Assembly (NCBI GenBank): GCA_964187785.1
Contig: OZ076409.1
Span: 56,112,001 to 56,176,000, forward strand
Reading direction: 5' to 3'
Origin: Amphiscolops sp. MND2022
Taxonomy: Eukaryota
Length of the DNA stretch: 64,000 bases
The position numbers were made by a program, and so were the translations under genes. Under the pieces are notes generated by a model, which worked only from the letters and a program-made list of their open reading frames with translations, was not told the origin of the DNA and ran no database searches. Shown here piece by piece: positions 26,379-38,906 of the stretch; position 1 is the stretch's first letter; each line of letters starts with the position of its first letter.

Positions 26379-27203
26379 CAGCTATTTGGTTAAACTGAAA
26401 ACTAATAAAGGTCTCACAAAACCGAAAAAATCCAAAGGGGGAAGGACCCTTTGGCTTCAAATGATTTTGTATCGACTCTAAATATCCTAAAAATCAAAAG
26501 GGGGGCCTTTTGTATCATTGAAAAATTCTCCACAGAACGTTTTATCCGAAATGTTATATCCTGTATTCGTTATATCAGGTTTGCGTTAAATCCGGTATAG
26601 GTTGTGTTACTGCCGAAGGGACTCCGTTACTGTTCAAAGGTAGTATGTAGGTTGCCAAAAGGGACGTTGCCAAAATTGAAGGGTAGAACTTTTGGTAGAA
26701 CTATTTTGGACAGTTAATGTGTTTCGAAAAAAACACTGACGAAAAGACATGACTATAGTGGACTCTTTTCTTGAAAAAAGCGCCGACTAAAAATATTTCG
26801 CGATTAAGTAATTTAAAGTGAAGGAATTTACATCAAGAAAATATAACAGCGCAGAATTTCACAATCAAATCAAATTCGCGATTGAGTGCCATGTATAGCA
26901 GAGCTCACCTAATGAAAACTGTAGGGCTAAATTTTTTTCCAGGGACACCTTTTCTGTCTCAATCAGTACCCTGACTGATAAAAAAGTATTGCATGAAACT
27001 GTATATCAAGTAACACGAAAATAACACGAAGCAATACAATGCATATTATCAGAGTCTATAAATAGAGTGATTCTCAAAACAGAAGCAGCCCTTGAATAAA
27101 TGCTTTTTATTAGGTGAAATGAAATGTCAAAATTGTTTTTTTTGGGAAGAAAAACGCCACACCAAGTAGAGAACACTGTATTATTATATTATAAACAACT
27201 TAC

Positions 27204-27312
27204 CACCAGATACACATGATACAAAATGAAGAAATGAGAAGAAAATTGCCACAAACAGGAGAATGGTTCCAACGATGATGACCTTCTTCAGTTTCTTATA
27301 TGCCAAAGCCGC
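27204..27312 (-). CDS. PGAP2: PGAP2/Frag1-like paralogue B, exon 4
   Basis: ccag/gtaagt borders, 109 nt; AALAYKKLKKVIIVGTILLFVAIFFSFLHFVSCVSG. Confidence 0.85.
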
Positions 27313-27772
27313 CTGGAACAAAAACCCAGTTAATTGAATCTATCGATTTGAGATAGCAATGCAACGAGTTCAGAAACTTTTGTTTAAATAATGACAGTTG
27401 AAAATAGATAGATCAAACTTCGAAATCAGGCAAAAATTTTGCGGGCGACCGACAGGGACTAGTATTATGCCAGTATCTCAGAGAAGGAGACAATGACGTC
27501 TGAAGATGAGAGTTAACACGAATACAAATTGACCATTCTGACGAATGAAACTCCGAATAGGCTACAAAAGTGTAGGAGTACGTTTAGGGGTGATCAAGTT
27601 GGTTAAAAGCAGCCAATACAGTGAAAAACTAATAGAGTCACTGCATGCATTTCGTTTTAAATCATACGTGATGTCTATGTAGGCTGGAAGAAGAAGGTTT
27701 GAAGAAAATTCAGATACAATCGACAACATTCTGTAAATATTCTCGACAAGTTCTGTAAATAAAACAAATAAC

Positions 27773-27873
27773 CTCGTGTGAATGCTTGCTGTTGAGTTTG
27801 AACTCTCTCATCTTGGAGGCTTGGTTGATCATGGCGAAAAACGCGAATGACAGAAACATGCAACAATGTACAT
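27773..27873 (-). CDS. PGAP2: PGAP2/Frag1-like paralogue B, exon 3
   Basis: tttcag/gttatt borders, 101 nt; DVHCCMFLSFAFFAMINQASKMREFKLNSKHSHE. Confidence 0.85.
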
Positions 27874-29157
27874 CTGAAACAATTTCTCAATTTTCAAAGC
27901 ACGATAATCCTCTAAAGCAATTCATCAAAAAACACGCTGGCTCTAGAAACCTAAACAATCATACCTGAGAAAAAATTGTTGAAAATATTTGCTTTTCAGA
28001 GAAAATAAGACACAGGCAAAGCGGTACTTCGTAGACACTTGCAAAATCTTTAGACTTTCTAAATGAGTCCTTACGAATTATCCAATATTGTAAATTTATT
28101 GTAAATAAAATATCTTGCATTATTTACCGGGAAAGAATAAGTTGTCAATATAGTCCACGAGAAAAACATGAAACATATGGAACATGCTGTCTACGAAGTT
28201 GAAAGTCTATTTGACACTACAGTAGTAATTCTAGAAGAAGCAACATAGAACGCAAACAAAAAGAAAGCAAACAAATAAATCTCATTGGCCGATCAAGGTC
28301 TCACGCGCTCATTTCATTGGTCGAGAGCGATTTCCAAAAAATCATTTTTAAGTTTTTTGAATTTTTGACCCACTTACAATTTTTTGATTTCAAAATAATT
28401 TTGACAGAAAAATTCTCCCAAACATTTCGAATCTGACAATAAAATTTTTCTCGAAAACATTGTATATTGTATTAGTGTGAGCTTGTTTTAAGTTGATAAA
28501 CTTCAAAATCATATCTTAATACATGTATTTTCGAAAACGTCTAATTTTACAGCGCATTTTTTCTACGATTTTAAGATGATTTCTAAATCAAAACAAGGGC
28601 TTCAGTTAAATCAGGGGAGTCGATTGCACATAAACTTTCTCTAAAATTTCAAAGCAAAAACCTCAATTTTGACCTAATTTTGGTTGAAAATGGCCTATCG
28701 TAACTTCTACAATTTTCATCGCATAACCTTCAATTAAACATATTTGTAAGCTAGATGAAAATCTAACTTTCACGTTTATCATTTTTCAAAAATCGCTGCT
28801 GTTTTAGAGATATTCGATTTTGAGATTTGCCTTTTGTTGCTTTTAGAATTATCACAACTGTACTTTGAGCTATGGAGCTATTAGCTGTTAATTATACGAC
28901 TATGACTCAGCGTTTCTAATTCTGAGTCTGAAAAGACAAACAAGTCCGCTGTTGGATTCTTCTGTAGCATGTTCACGACTTAATCGGCACTTTTGACAAA
29001 TTTTGCGTCAAATTGCAGCAAACTTACAAAAGGGTCTTTTACTAAAAATAGTCTCACTGCTCAAACGGTAGTAGCACACAATTAATAGCATTTAGATTAG
29101 TAGCAATTTGCAAGCAGTAACAAATTCCTCAGTTGCAAATTGCCAAGTAGAAAGTAA

Positions 29158-29641
29158 ACAAGACGGGAACGTCTCAAGTCGGCGCTATATCTAAGGCTCA
29201 AAAAGCGCAAAACATTTTTTTTGGGAAAAAACTTGAAATTTTCGAAAAAAAAAATCTTCCGGAAAATGTCGCACAGTGCCGAAAAATGTAAAAGGGGGGA
29301 CCCTTTTTGATTTATAAACACGCATTCTGTAGCAAAATAACAAAAAACTCAAAGGGGGGACCCTTTGGGGACATTAAAAAAATTTCGAAAAAAAGTCTCA
29401 CAGTGCCGAAAAAAAATCGAAAGGGGGGGACTTTAGTCCCGTCCGGGCGTGTATGTAACGTTCAAAAAGTAAATGAATGCGCTCCCCGTTTGCCTTTAGC
29501 GGTCCAGTAGTTTAGTACTTATTTAGTAGTTGAACCTTAATTTTAACGTTCATCGCTTCGAGTCTGTCTTAAAAAAAAAGAAAAAAAAACGAGTGACTGA
29601 AATAGTCGGGCTCTTTTCTTAAGAAAAGCGCCGACTAAAAA
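29158..29641 (-). mobile_element. Family-1 HINE, complete
   Basis: ACAAGACGGGAACGTCTCAAGTCGGCGC...AAGCGCCGACTAAAAA. Confidence 0.8.
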
Positions 29642-30346
29642 CACTGAATTTCCTCATAAGATAAAAAAAGATTTCACATGAACGAGGGCAGTGTAGAAAT
29701 TCAAATTTAATGTAATAGAAGGACAATTATTGTAGGTTAGTCAATATTCGAACCAATTTTAACTCCAACATTTTCGACTATATTGCGGTCTATCAACTTG
29801 ACTGACAAACTTTATAGTGAAACATTTCATTGGTATCTTCTTCAGTGTTTCATACGTTTGATGTTCCTTTTCATTTCACCAGGCAAGACGTTCCACAAAG
29901 CTACCACTCTCTTAAAAACATTTTTCTCATTTGTTCACTTCTTGAATGAGCCTGATAGTACAATTTCTTTTGCTCTTTTATTTGACTGGCTATAGGGGGT
30001 TTCTATATTAGGTTGGGAAAAAACGGGAGGAAGATTATACTTCCATTTCTTTAAAAAATCTGATAGCGTTCATGTCTAAAGTTTGACGAACTGATATGAT
30101 ACCGTGTCTTACTCTCAGATCAGTGATAAAACTTCAAATTTGCTTTTTAAAAAAAGTTTCGCACTTCATTTATGAAATTCCATTTTTCTGGCTGACTTCA
30201 GATTTTTGAACGTATTGAAGTTATGGGCAGCACGATTTTCATTAATTTTTCCAACGAAATTCTGTTGAATTATATTATAGGAGATATCATCTAGATACAT
30301 GAATTCTTTCACTTTGTAAATTTCGATCGACTCTTTCAACCCATGA

Positions 30347-30770
30347 TTTTAGTCGGCGCTTCATGAAGTGAAACGCGACTATTATAGTGACTTTTTTTTC
30401 AATCCACACGAACAGACCAAAATAGTTCAGAAGTTCTACGAAATAATATGGTGTCAAATTGAGCCATTTCGCCTAGCGAACTGAACCAAAAAGGTTTTTC
30501 TTGTTTTTCCGCGTAACATACAGTACCGGGCGAGACTAAAGGGTCCGCTCTCAGTTTTGTTCGGCATTGTGAGACTTTTTTTTCGAAAAAAATCGCCAAA
30601 GGGTCCCCTAAACACAGCGGTATTAGTCCCTGAATTCCGCGCAGCGGATTCGGCACTTCGCGGTTTGCATGTTATAAAGCTTGGCCCAGGATTCTACTGC
30701 TCAAAAAGCTCAACTTCGAGCCGGAGTGAAAATGTAGGGTTATGCATCGTAATGCGGCTTGTTGTATAGT
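30347..30770 (+). mobile_element. Family-1 HINE, variant or degenerate 3' end
   Basis: TTTTAGTCGGCGCTTCATGAAGTGAAACGCGACTAT start and family-1 body; ends GCGGCTTGTT. Confidence 0.6.
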
Positions 30771-31045
30771 CGAAAGATTCTTATCGTTACGAATGAAAAC
30801 TTTCTTCTTGACACATTCTCATCGCGTTTTTCACGATGTCAATAAAAACGTAGAACATTTCTTCAGCGCAGCAAGTGTATTCATCACATAACTATTGGTC
30901 TCAATAACAAATGTTTTTTGACCTTGATAATTCAGTATCCGAACCTAACCCAAACTCTGCGGCTTTAGAATACAAACCTCATATCACGAAAACCAGATCT
31001 ATAGAAGTATATTTTTGAATGAATGAAAAACTTGTGGAAAATTAA

Positions 31046-31391
31046 ACAAGACGCCCGCTAAGCACCGGGATATTTTCCGCCCTGTTCGCCTTCACCAACT
31101 GAGCCATAGCTATTTTGGGAGGGGGGAATAGGATCTGAAGAATAAGATCTAAAATTTAGTGATCTTAGATCTTATTCCCGCCCTGAAATTTTAGATCTTA
31201 TTCCCTTTTTTACTTTAGATATTATTCCCGCTGTATGCTATTTTAGTTACTTGACTATTTTAGTTACTAATAGCTATAGAAAATAGTCAAGTATTCAAAA
31301 AGTGGAGATTTGGTAAAATTTGGAAAAAAACGCGTCACAGATCACGATTTTCCTCCCCCATTTATAAAATGTGGGGTCGGAAAATAATAAA
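31046..31391 (-). mobile_element. Family-2 HINE
   Basis: ACAAGACGCCCGCTAAGCACCGGGATATTTTCCGCCC ... CGGAAAATAATAAA. Confidence 0.7.
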
Positions 31392-31776
31392 TTATACCTA
31401 CGGAATTCGAAAGCATCTTGAGGAAACAAACGCTTGTCGTCATTTGAAAAACTAGATGAAAGGAGGGAGCCTTACATTTCGCTGTTTGGAAACGAAATGT
31501 GAATAAACGTTGATATTCGATTGAAGGTTTCTCCCAATCGGCGCCAAGATAGCTAAAATTTAAGACTAACAAAGCCCATAATTTTTCCAGTTAGAGTCGT
31601 TCCCGAGAAAATCAGAAGTCAGAGAACAGAAAACCAACAAGGATAACAGGTAATCGCTTTTAAAAAACGGAACTTGAAAAAGATAACGTCTAAATTTTTA
31701 AAATGCACTGACTAAACAGTCGCAAAAAATGTTTCGGTTCAACTATTTTCGAGAGAACAAAAGGAAGTCTACTGAC

Positions 31777-32023
31777 CCAACAACTCATTGGATGGAACGA
31801 CTGCAATCATGAGTAGAAAAAAACATTCGAGGCAGAAAGAGATACTGGAGATCCAACTGGCACAGACAAGAGGAGTGGACTGTGGTTTGCGAGTTGCGAA
31901 CTTGAGGTAACAAATAGCGTTGAACACCCTGATGCCATATGTCGTCATCACAATCATCTGCCAGACAAGAGATATTACTTTGATGTTATTGGCTGCGCTG
32001 ATTGTGCCAATCCAATTCCGAGT
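31777..32023 (-). CDS. PGAP2: PGAP2/Frag1-like paralogue B, exon 2
   Basis: tttag/gtcagt borders; TRNWIGTISAANNIKVISLVWQMIVMTTYGIRVF...LECFFLLMIAVVPSNELL. Confidence 0.85.
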
Positions 32024-32629
32024 CTAAACACAACAAAAAGGAAAATAGGCAGAATAAATGCTTCAGTCAGAGAATCAGTGACTACTTACTCTAGTATCCG
32101 GGACTTTTTCTATTCACCATGTTGAAATATTTCGACATCGGTGTTATAGATCCTAATATTGAGGGGTCGAAACATTCAGGCCAGACCCCCCTGAACCGAC
32201 AAATAGGAATCTTAGAAAGACGACCAATTATTGATGACCGATAGAAAGGTTTTATTTCTATTCCGAAAATTGAAATACTTTTCATTTTCACAATGAGGCT
32301 TTTTACTTTATGAGGAACGAATTGGATGTTTTCTGCTTGCAAAAAGAACAAAATGAAGGTTTAATTTTTCACTCGCTGTAATCGATAAAAGTGTTAAACA
32401 ACCGAAAAACCGATGAATAAACAACACACATCGACGTTACCACCGCAATTCATTTCAATTTCAAGTCAAGAGAAAAAATGTTTCGCTCTTTTCTAGAAAA
32501 TTAAGAGAATGCAGGGAATCTGAAGCTGAGGGAATTTTCGCTGTCACTTATGAAGCCACTTATCAAATGACTTATCGAAGATTTGAATTCTCGGACACTA
32601 GTCACTAATCAGAAAGCGGTGTGAAAACA

Positions 32630-32848
32630 ACAAGAAGCCCGCTGAGCACCGGATATTTTCAGCTTCAACTGAGCCATATATGGCCACGGTCCTCAGCCAT
32701 GGTGCTCAGCTATAGCTAGTTTAGTTACTTGACTAATTTAGAAATAGTCAAGTAGTTTATGGAGATCGTGGAGATTTGGCAGAATTTGGAAAAAAAACGC
32801 AACACAGATCATGATTTTCCTCCCCGATTATATGTGGGCGAAAATAAC
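32630..32848 (-). mobile_element. Family-2 HINE in intron 1 of paralogue B
   Basis: ACAAGAAGCCCGCTGAGCACCGGATATTTTC ... GGGCGAAAATAAC. Confidence 0.65.
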
Positions 32849-32861
32849 ACGTAAGTCTAAC

Positions 32862-33005
32862 GAGAGGTCCACAGTCAGTAGAAGTGAGTGACTCGTCGTC
32901 AAGCATAGTAGAGATGAAGGAGCAAGCAATGATGGCAAGAGCATTGATGGACGTGGAGGTGTTGTGAGCCCGCACGTGGTTCAAGTAGCACAGAGGTGAA
33001 ATCAT
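32862..33005 (-). CDS. PGAP2: PGAP2/Frag1-like paralogue B, first coding exon
   Basis: MISPLCYLNHV...ALAIIACSFISTMLDDESLTSTDCGPL, then donor gttaga. The start Met is inferred; the frame stays open further upstream. Confidence 0.8.
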
Positions 33006-33830
33006 CCTGTGACCCCGAGAATATTGATGACCTTGATCTTGGTAAACTAATGGTCCACTACTCCCACTGCAGCTACATTCACTCTCTGAAATACTAGCGT
33101 ATACAGATGCTTCCCATGAAAATTCCAAATGAAATCTATTTACCAAGCGTTCAGTTTCGATACAAAACCTGGGCTTTATTTACACAATGTAAAGAAAAAT
33201 ATAATATGAAACGGGTCTATTCGGGGGACTGACTAATGTTTCTGCAACTGCTGAAAATTTCAAGAAACCCACAAGAAAAATATGAATTATATTCAAATAT
33301 TTTTTTAGGGGAAAAAGTTCACTTTTAATTCTAGACGGATTTCTCAAGCGTTTTTTAAAAGTCCCGAATATTCGGATGAAGCACCCGTGTTGACCAGTAC
33401 AGTTTTCGATCCTGAAAAAAAACTACGCAAGATTTTATAAACATGCATTCCTATAATGGGGATTCAATAAAAACGTCTTTCAAGAAATGATTATGTAACA
33501 CAAACCTCGAAGATGCAAATGATTTCCGATTCATTTTTAGTCGGCGCTTTTCTAAGAAAAGAGTAGACTATAGTCATGGCATTTCTTCGTTTTTTTTTCG
33601 ATACACCTGAACTGTCCAAAATAGTTGAACTTTTTTCGGTATTGTGAGACCTTATTCTTTTTCAACTTAACCGGACAGCTGTTTTTTTCTCAATACATCA
33701 TACTTTGTTAAAGCTTTTTTCATCTGTTTCCTTTTCCTTTTTTCGAAACTTTCACTTGGTCAAGTGGCACCCTTGGCTTTCATACCGGATTTCGGCTTGA
33801 TGAAAAGTAGTTTTTGGAGCTGATAGTTCC

Positions 33831-34030
33831 TTTTTAGTCGGCGCTTCATGAAGTGAAACGCGACTATTATAGTGACTCTTTTTTAGTCGGCGCTTCATGA
33901 AGTGAAACGCGACTATTATAGTGACTCTTTTTAGTCGGCGCTTCATGAAGTGAAACGCGACTATTATAGTGACTCTTTTTTTAGTCGGCGCTTCATGAAG
34001 TGAAACGCGACTATTATAGTGACTCTTTTT
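33831..34030 (+). repeat. Four tandem copies of the HINE-1 5' terminus (48-50 bp period)
   Basis: AGTCGGCGCTTCATGAAGTGAAACGCGACTATTATAGTGACTC followed by a T-run, at 33836, 33885, 33933 and 33983. Confidence 0.95.
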
Positions 34031-35105
34031 TTTCTATCCACACGAACTGACCAAAATAGTTCTTAAAAGTTCTACAAAATATTATTGCACCAAATTGCAC
34101 TATTTGGCCTAGCGAACTGAACCAAAAAGGTTTTCCCTGTTTTTCCGCGTAACATACCATACCGGGCGAGACCAACGGGTCCCCCCTTTAATTTTTTTCG
34201 GCACTGCGAGACTTTTTTTTCGAAAAAAATTTCCCCAGAGGGTCCCCCCTGCATTTTTTGATGTTTTGCGACAGAATGGATGTTGAAAAATCCCAAAGGG
34301 TCCCCCCTTTCAGTTTTTCGGCATTGTAAGACTTTAGCGCGCCAGGGGCTCGCGCTAGCGATCCCCGGCGCGCCACTCGGTCCATTTTTTGAGTATGTAA
34401 TTTTTTTCGAAAATTTTTTTTAAAAAAAATTTTCGATTTTCGAGTACTGTAAAAGATGATACTTGACACTTGGATGTCTTTTTGCTATTTTTGAGCCTTG
34501 GATATGGCGCCGACTTGGGCCGGCCCCGGCTTGTTTTCTATCCACACGAACTGACCAAAATAGTTCTACAAAATATTATTCCATCAAAATGCACTATTTG
34601 GTCTAGCGAACTGAACCAAAAAGGTTTTTCCTGTTTTTCCGCGTAACATACCATACCGGGCGAGACCAAAGACTCCCCCCTTTCATTTTTTTCGGCACTG
34701 CGAGACTTTTTTTTCGAAAAAAATTTTTTCCCCAAAGGGTCCCCCCTGCATTTTTTTTGATGTTTTGCGACAGAATGGATGTTAAAAAATCCCTTTCAGT
34801 TTTTTTTCGGCATTGTGAGATTTTTTTCCCGAAAATGAAAATTTTTGTTTTCTTCAATTTTTTCATGTTTTGCGACAGAATGGATGTTGAAAAACCTCAA
34901 AGGGTCCACCCTTTCAGTTTTTCGGCATTTTGAGACTTTGGCGCGCCACTCGGTCCATTTTTTTTGAGTATGTAATTTTTTCGAAAAATTTTTTTTCAAA
35001 AAATTTCGATTTTCGAGTACTGTAAAAGAGTACTTGACACTTGGAAGTCTTTTTGCTATTTTTGAGCCTTGGATATGGCGCCGACTTGGGCCGGTCCCGG
35101 CTTGT
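33831..35105 (+). mobile_element. Head-to-tail pair of family-1 HINEs
   Basis: The first copy ends CCCCGGCTTGTTTT at about 34536. The body then restarts at CTATCCACACGAACTG and ends CCCGGCTTGTT at 35105. Confidence 0.8.
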
Positions 35106-35677
35106 TCGGCTTTATGAGACGTTTCCAAAAAATGGAATTTTTTATTTCCAGTTAGGGAAAATGTTGTTTCAGAGTCTTATGCGTATTCTTCAGGGTATTT
35201 TTCAGCACTGAGAAAGTGATAAAAGTTTAAAAACAGTGTCTTTTGTATATTTAAGAAACGAGCAGTTTCGTCTTGGGCCGATCCCGGCTTGTTCATACTA
35301 TTTTGGGGATTACGTGGTCTATTGTTTAGCGGGATTTTCTGTCATTAAACATTTTCTGTAGAAAAACTGAAATCTGATACTGCTTCGTAATATGGAAACT
35401 GTTCTTAAAGTACTTTTTGTTGAAACATCCTTCATTTCCAAGTTTCTTCAATTAATATCACCAATAGGACACTATATGAAGATCGTTCAGCCTACAGATT
35501 GTTATAAAAAACCTGGTAAGAGATAAGGGTTCACCCCTGAAGCATCCAAAACTCAAACCATGATCGTTGAATGAAGAATAAATACTTGCACTTTGATAAA
35601 AGAACACTACTTACTGGGTGATATTGACCTTTTGCATTCACTCCTTTGAAGGTTGGCAGAAAGCTTCCCGCGGACTA

Positions 35678-35925
35678 TTTATTATTTTCCGCCCACATAT
35701 AATTTTTTTTGTAATATTTTTTTTTCTAAATTCTGGCAAATCTCCTCCCAGTTCCTCCCACTTATCGTTACTTGACGCGCGCCATCACTACTTGATTATT
35801 TTATATAGTTACTTGAACACTTGCCAAATCTTCACAATGGCAGGCACGAGGTCGTGGGTTCGAACCCGGGCTGATACGTTACATTTTTAGCGGAAAATAC
35901 CCCGGTGCTTAGCGGGCGTCTTGTT
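35678..35925 (+). mobile_element. Family-2 HINE with a B-box-like motif
   Basis: TTTATTATTTTCCGCCC ... GGTTCGAACCC ... GCGGAAAATACCCCGGTGCTTAGCGGGCGTCTTGTT. Confidence 0.7.
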
Positions 35926-37324
35926 ATAAGTCAAAAGTCAATACTGTGCTTGCTTTGTCAAAAATACATACGTAGCAGTCAACATGCTGGGAAGGGCCCA
36001 AGTCGGTGCCCCGCTCACAACTCAAAAAGAGTAAAGAGTTTAGAATATGCGAAGAGACAAATATCTGAAAATTTTCATCAAAATTACAGTTCCAAAAATT
36101 TTTCTAATGGTACCCTTGAAACTCGAAAACTGCTTTCTCCGTGACTGAAAACATCAAGAAACCTAAAATTTTAAATTTTTTTCAAAAAACCAATAGGAGT
36201 CATCTTAAGCTCGCAAAACGCATTTTATCAACTGAAAACATTTCGAAAATGAAAGTAGTACTCTTAGATCAAATGAAAAACAGTGCCGAAAAACCCAAGA
36301 TGGTCATTCTTCAGTCTCGTTTACTTTTGCGAAAATCAAGTGAACACCTACCCCCAGCCACTACCACTACTGTACTAACCACTGGGCCAAGTGACATGAG
36401 CAAATTACTGAAAATGAGATAGAAAAATTTAATGGAAATCTGTCATTTCGAGGGTCCTAAAAAGAACGCCACTACTTTCGTGTGCGTTTTTTACGAAAAC
36501 ATCGACTAAAAATATCGAGCGAAGGAAAACAATTTCCCGGTTCATTGTTTAAGACGAATTTGTAGGGTGGATTATTTGTAAACTGTTATTTTTTGTATCA
36601 ATTGGATACACTGCCCTGTTCCAAAAATTGTTTCCTTTAGAATTAATTTTTCGAAGGAAGGAAGATGGCTTTTCAAAGACTACTCGAACTTTTGAGAATA
36701 ATTTTTTATGTTGTCCCATCACTTGCCCCAGTGGTTAGGGTGCCTGGGACAGGTGAGGGTTTGATTCCAACGGACGTTGAAGTTTCTATTTACGAAGGTG
36801 CTGCTCTTCAAAGTATTTTGGTCAGTGATATTAATGATTTTTTGTCTATTTTTAGTCGGCGCTTTTCCTAAGAAAAGTGCCCGACTATTTCAGTGGGTAG
36901 TTTTCTTTCAGTTCACTCTGAATGGTCCAATTTTTATGTTCAAAGTTCGGATATAACGTTGTTCGTCATTTCATTGGCTATTGAGTTTCATTGTCTCTTA
37001 AGGGTTTTGCGATTTCAACTTGCTCCAGAGAAGTTTTTGTGGCACCTGCAGCTAAAAGACTCATTTCTGATGCTTTCCAGCACTTCAATTTTCCGCTGCA
37101 AAATTTTTTGCACACTTTCTGTTGGACGTTTCTTGGAAATAATTTTTCAAAGTTGCCTTGTAGGGATCAATTTGTATGAACAAGTTTTCAGACCTGTAGA
37201 AACCTTCGTTTCAGGTATGTAACTGCATCGTTTTCTTCGTCAAACCATTTTGGCTTGAAAATGACCATTTTTTCCTAAAGGCGTCTTATACGACAAATAA
37301 CGCTGTGTCATTGGGTCTCTGGTC

Positions 37325-38010
37325 TTTTTAGTCGGCGCTTCATGAAGTGAAACGCGACTATTATAGTGACTCTTTTTTTTTCTATCCACACGAACTGACC
37401 AAAATAGTTATTAAAAGTTCTACAAAATATTATGGTGTCAAATTGCACCATTTGGCCTAGCGAACTGGACCAAAATGGTTTTACCTGTTTTTCCGCGTAA
37501 CATACCATACCGGGAGAGACCAAAGAGTCCCCCCTTTCAATTTTTTTCGGCACTGCGAGACATTTTTTTTCGGAATTTTTTTTCGAATTTTTTTTCCTCA
37601 AAGGGTCCCCCCTGCATTTTTTTGATGTTTTGCGACAGAATGGATGTTGGAAAATCCCAAAGGGTTCCTCCTTTCAGTTTTTTTCGGCATTGTGAGATTT
37701 TTTCCCGAAAATAAAAAAAAAGTTTTTTCTTCAATTTTTTCATGCTTTGCGACAGAATGGATGTTGAAAAACCTCAAAGGGTCCCCCTTTCAGTTTTTCG
37801 GCATTGTGAGACGTTAGCGCGCCAGGGGCTCGCACTAGCGAGCCCCGGCGGGCCACTCGGTCCATTTTTTTAGTATGTAATTTTTTCAAAAAAAAATTTC
37901 GAAAAATTTTCGATTTTCGACTACTGTAAAAGAATACTTGACACTTGGAAGTCTTTTTGCTATTTTTGAGCCTTGGATATGGCGCCGACTTGGGCCGGTC
38001 CCGGCTTGTT
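37325..38010 (+). mobile_element. Family-1 HINE, complete
   Basis: Both termini intact; closely similar to the copies at 33983-35105. Confidence 0.85.
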
Positions 38011-38241
38011 GTATATTCAATTTTATTTCGCAATATACAACATTTCGTGACAATCTGCGAGTGTAGATCAGTTTCGAAAGTAGGCAGTTTTAGCACAGAC
38101 GATTTCTCTTGTGGTAACAGTCAACTGCAATAGTGAAATTTTCCAAGACTACTATGAAAAGTCGAAATACTTTTGAGGCAGTCTTCGTTTCTACAAACCG
38201 CTCTTTTTCTATCACGTTCTTTCATTTTTGATATATCATGT

Positions 38242-38648
38242 TGTTGTGACTCAACATTTTGATCGATGAATTTCGACGTGAAATCTTTTGAATAGTTTTT
38301 GATTGTTGTTTAATTCGTATTGCTCATAGCAAGTTCTCCTGAATGGAATTATTCAAAAATTAATCTTTGCGTTTTTGCAAGATATAGAAACGAAACTCAA
38401 GAAAAGAAAAAGAGGAAACCAATTCCTCAGGTAAATATATTTTGAAACTGTCCCCTCTTTGCTACCCCTCCTCTTTTCTGATTATTCTTATATAATAAAT
38501 ATATTTTATATAATATCAGTTATTTTACTGGTCTCAACCTTTTACTAATCTTAGTCAGTGTTTCCGAGCATTTCCTGACCATTCATTTTATGGCCACTGT
38601 CCCCACGACTGCTATGACGAATTCACCCATTATGCGAGGTCAGTAACA
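38242..38648 (+). repeat. 5' LTR of the BEL element (407 bp)
   Basis: TGTTGTGACT...CAGTAACA; TATA-like TATATAA at 38489 and Inr-like TCAGTT at 38516. Confidence 0.95.
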
Positions 38649-38654
38649 TAATTT

Positions 38655-38668
38655 TGGCGCCCAACGTG
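38655..38668 (+). promoter_or_regulatory. Primer binding site complementary to tRNA-Lys 3' end
   Basis: TGGCGCCCAACGTG equals the first 14 nt of the canonical Lys1,2 PBS TGGCGCCCAACGTGGGGC; it lies 6 nt after the LTR. Confidence 0.85.
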
Positions 38669-38906
38669 TAAAGTCGATCCCATTCTTCGTGTCTGTTACC
38701 ACGTTGGTTGCAATTCGTTTCGTCTCTGGGATTCTTCTTTCTAGTTGTTCCAATCTTCGTTACGTCTCCTGTCCATCCGTCGCTTTTGTTTTATTTGATA
38801 TATTCGAACAACTGTGAGGAGTATAAACTTTGTTTCACCTACATTTTCATTCGTTTCGTTATGTTTCGCATTTGTTACGTTATTATCATCTTTTACGTCT
38901 TTCATT

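Noticed and set aside
33831..34030. CRISPR-like array of partly palindromic repeats
   Set aside because: There are no unique spacers (units are separated only by T-runs), no cas genes, and the context is eukaryotic. The unit is the HINE-1 terminus.
38425..38436. CAG/GTAAAT splice donor in the BEL LTR as the donor for gag mRNA
   Set aside because: It lies upstream of the likely TATA/Inr start (38489-38521), so it would not be in the 5' transcript.
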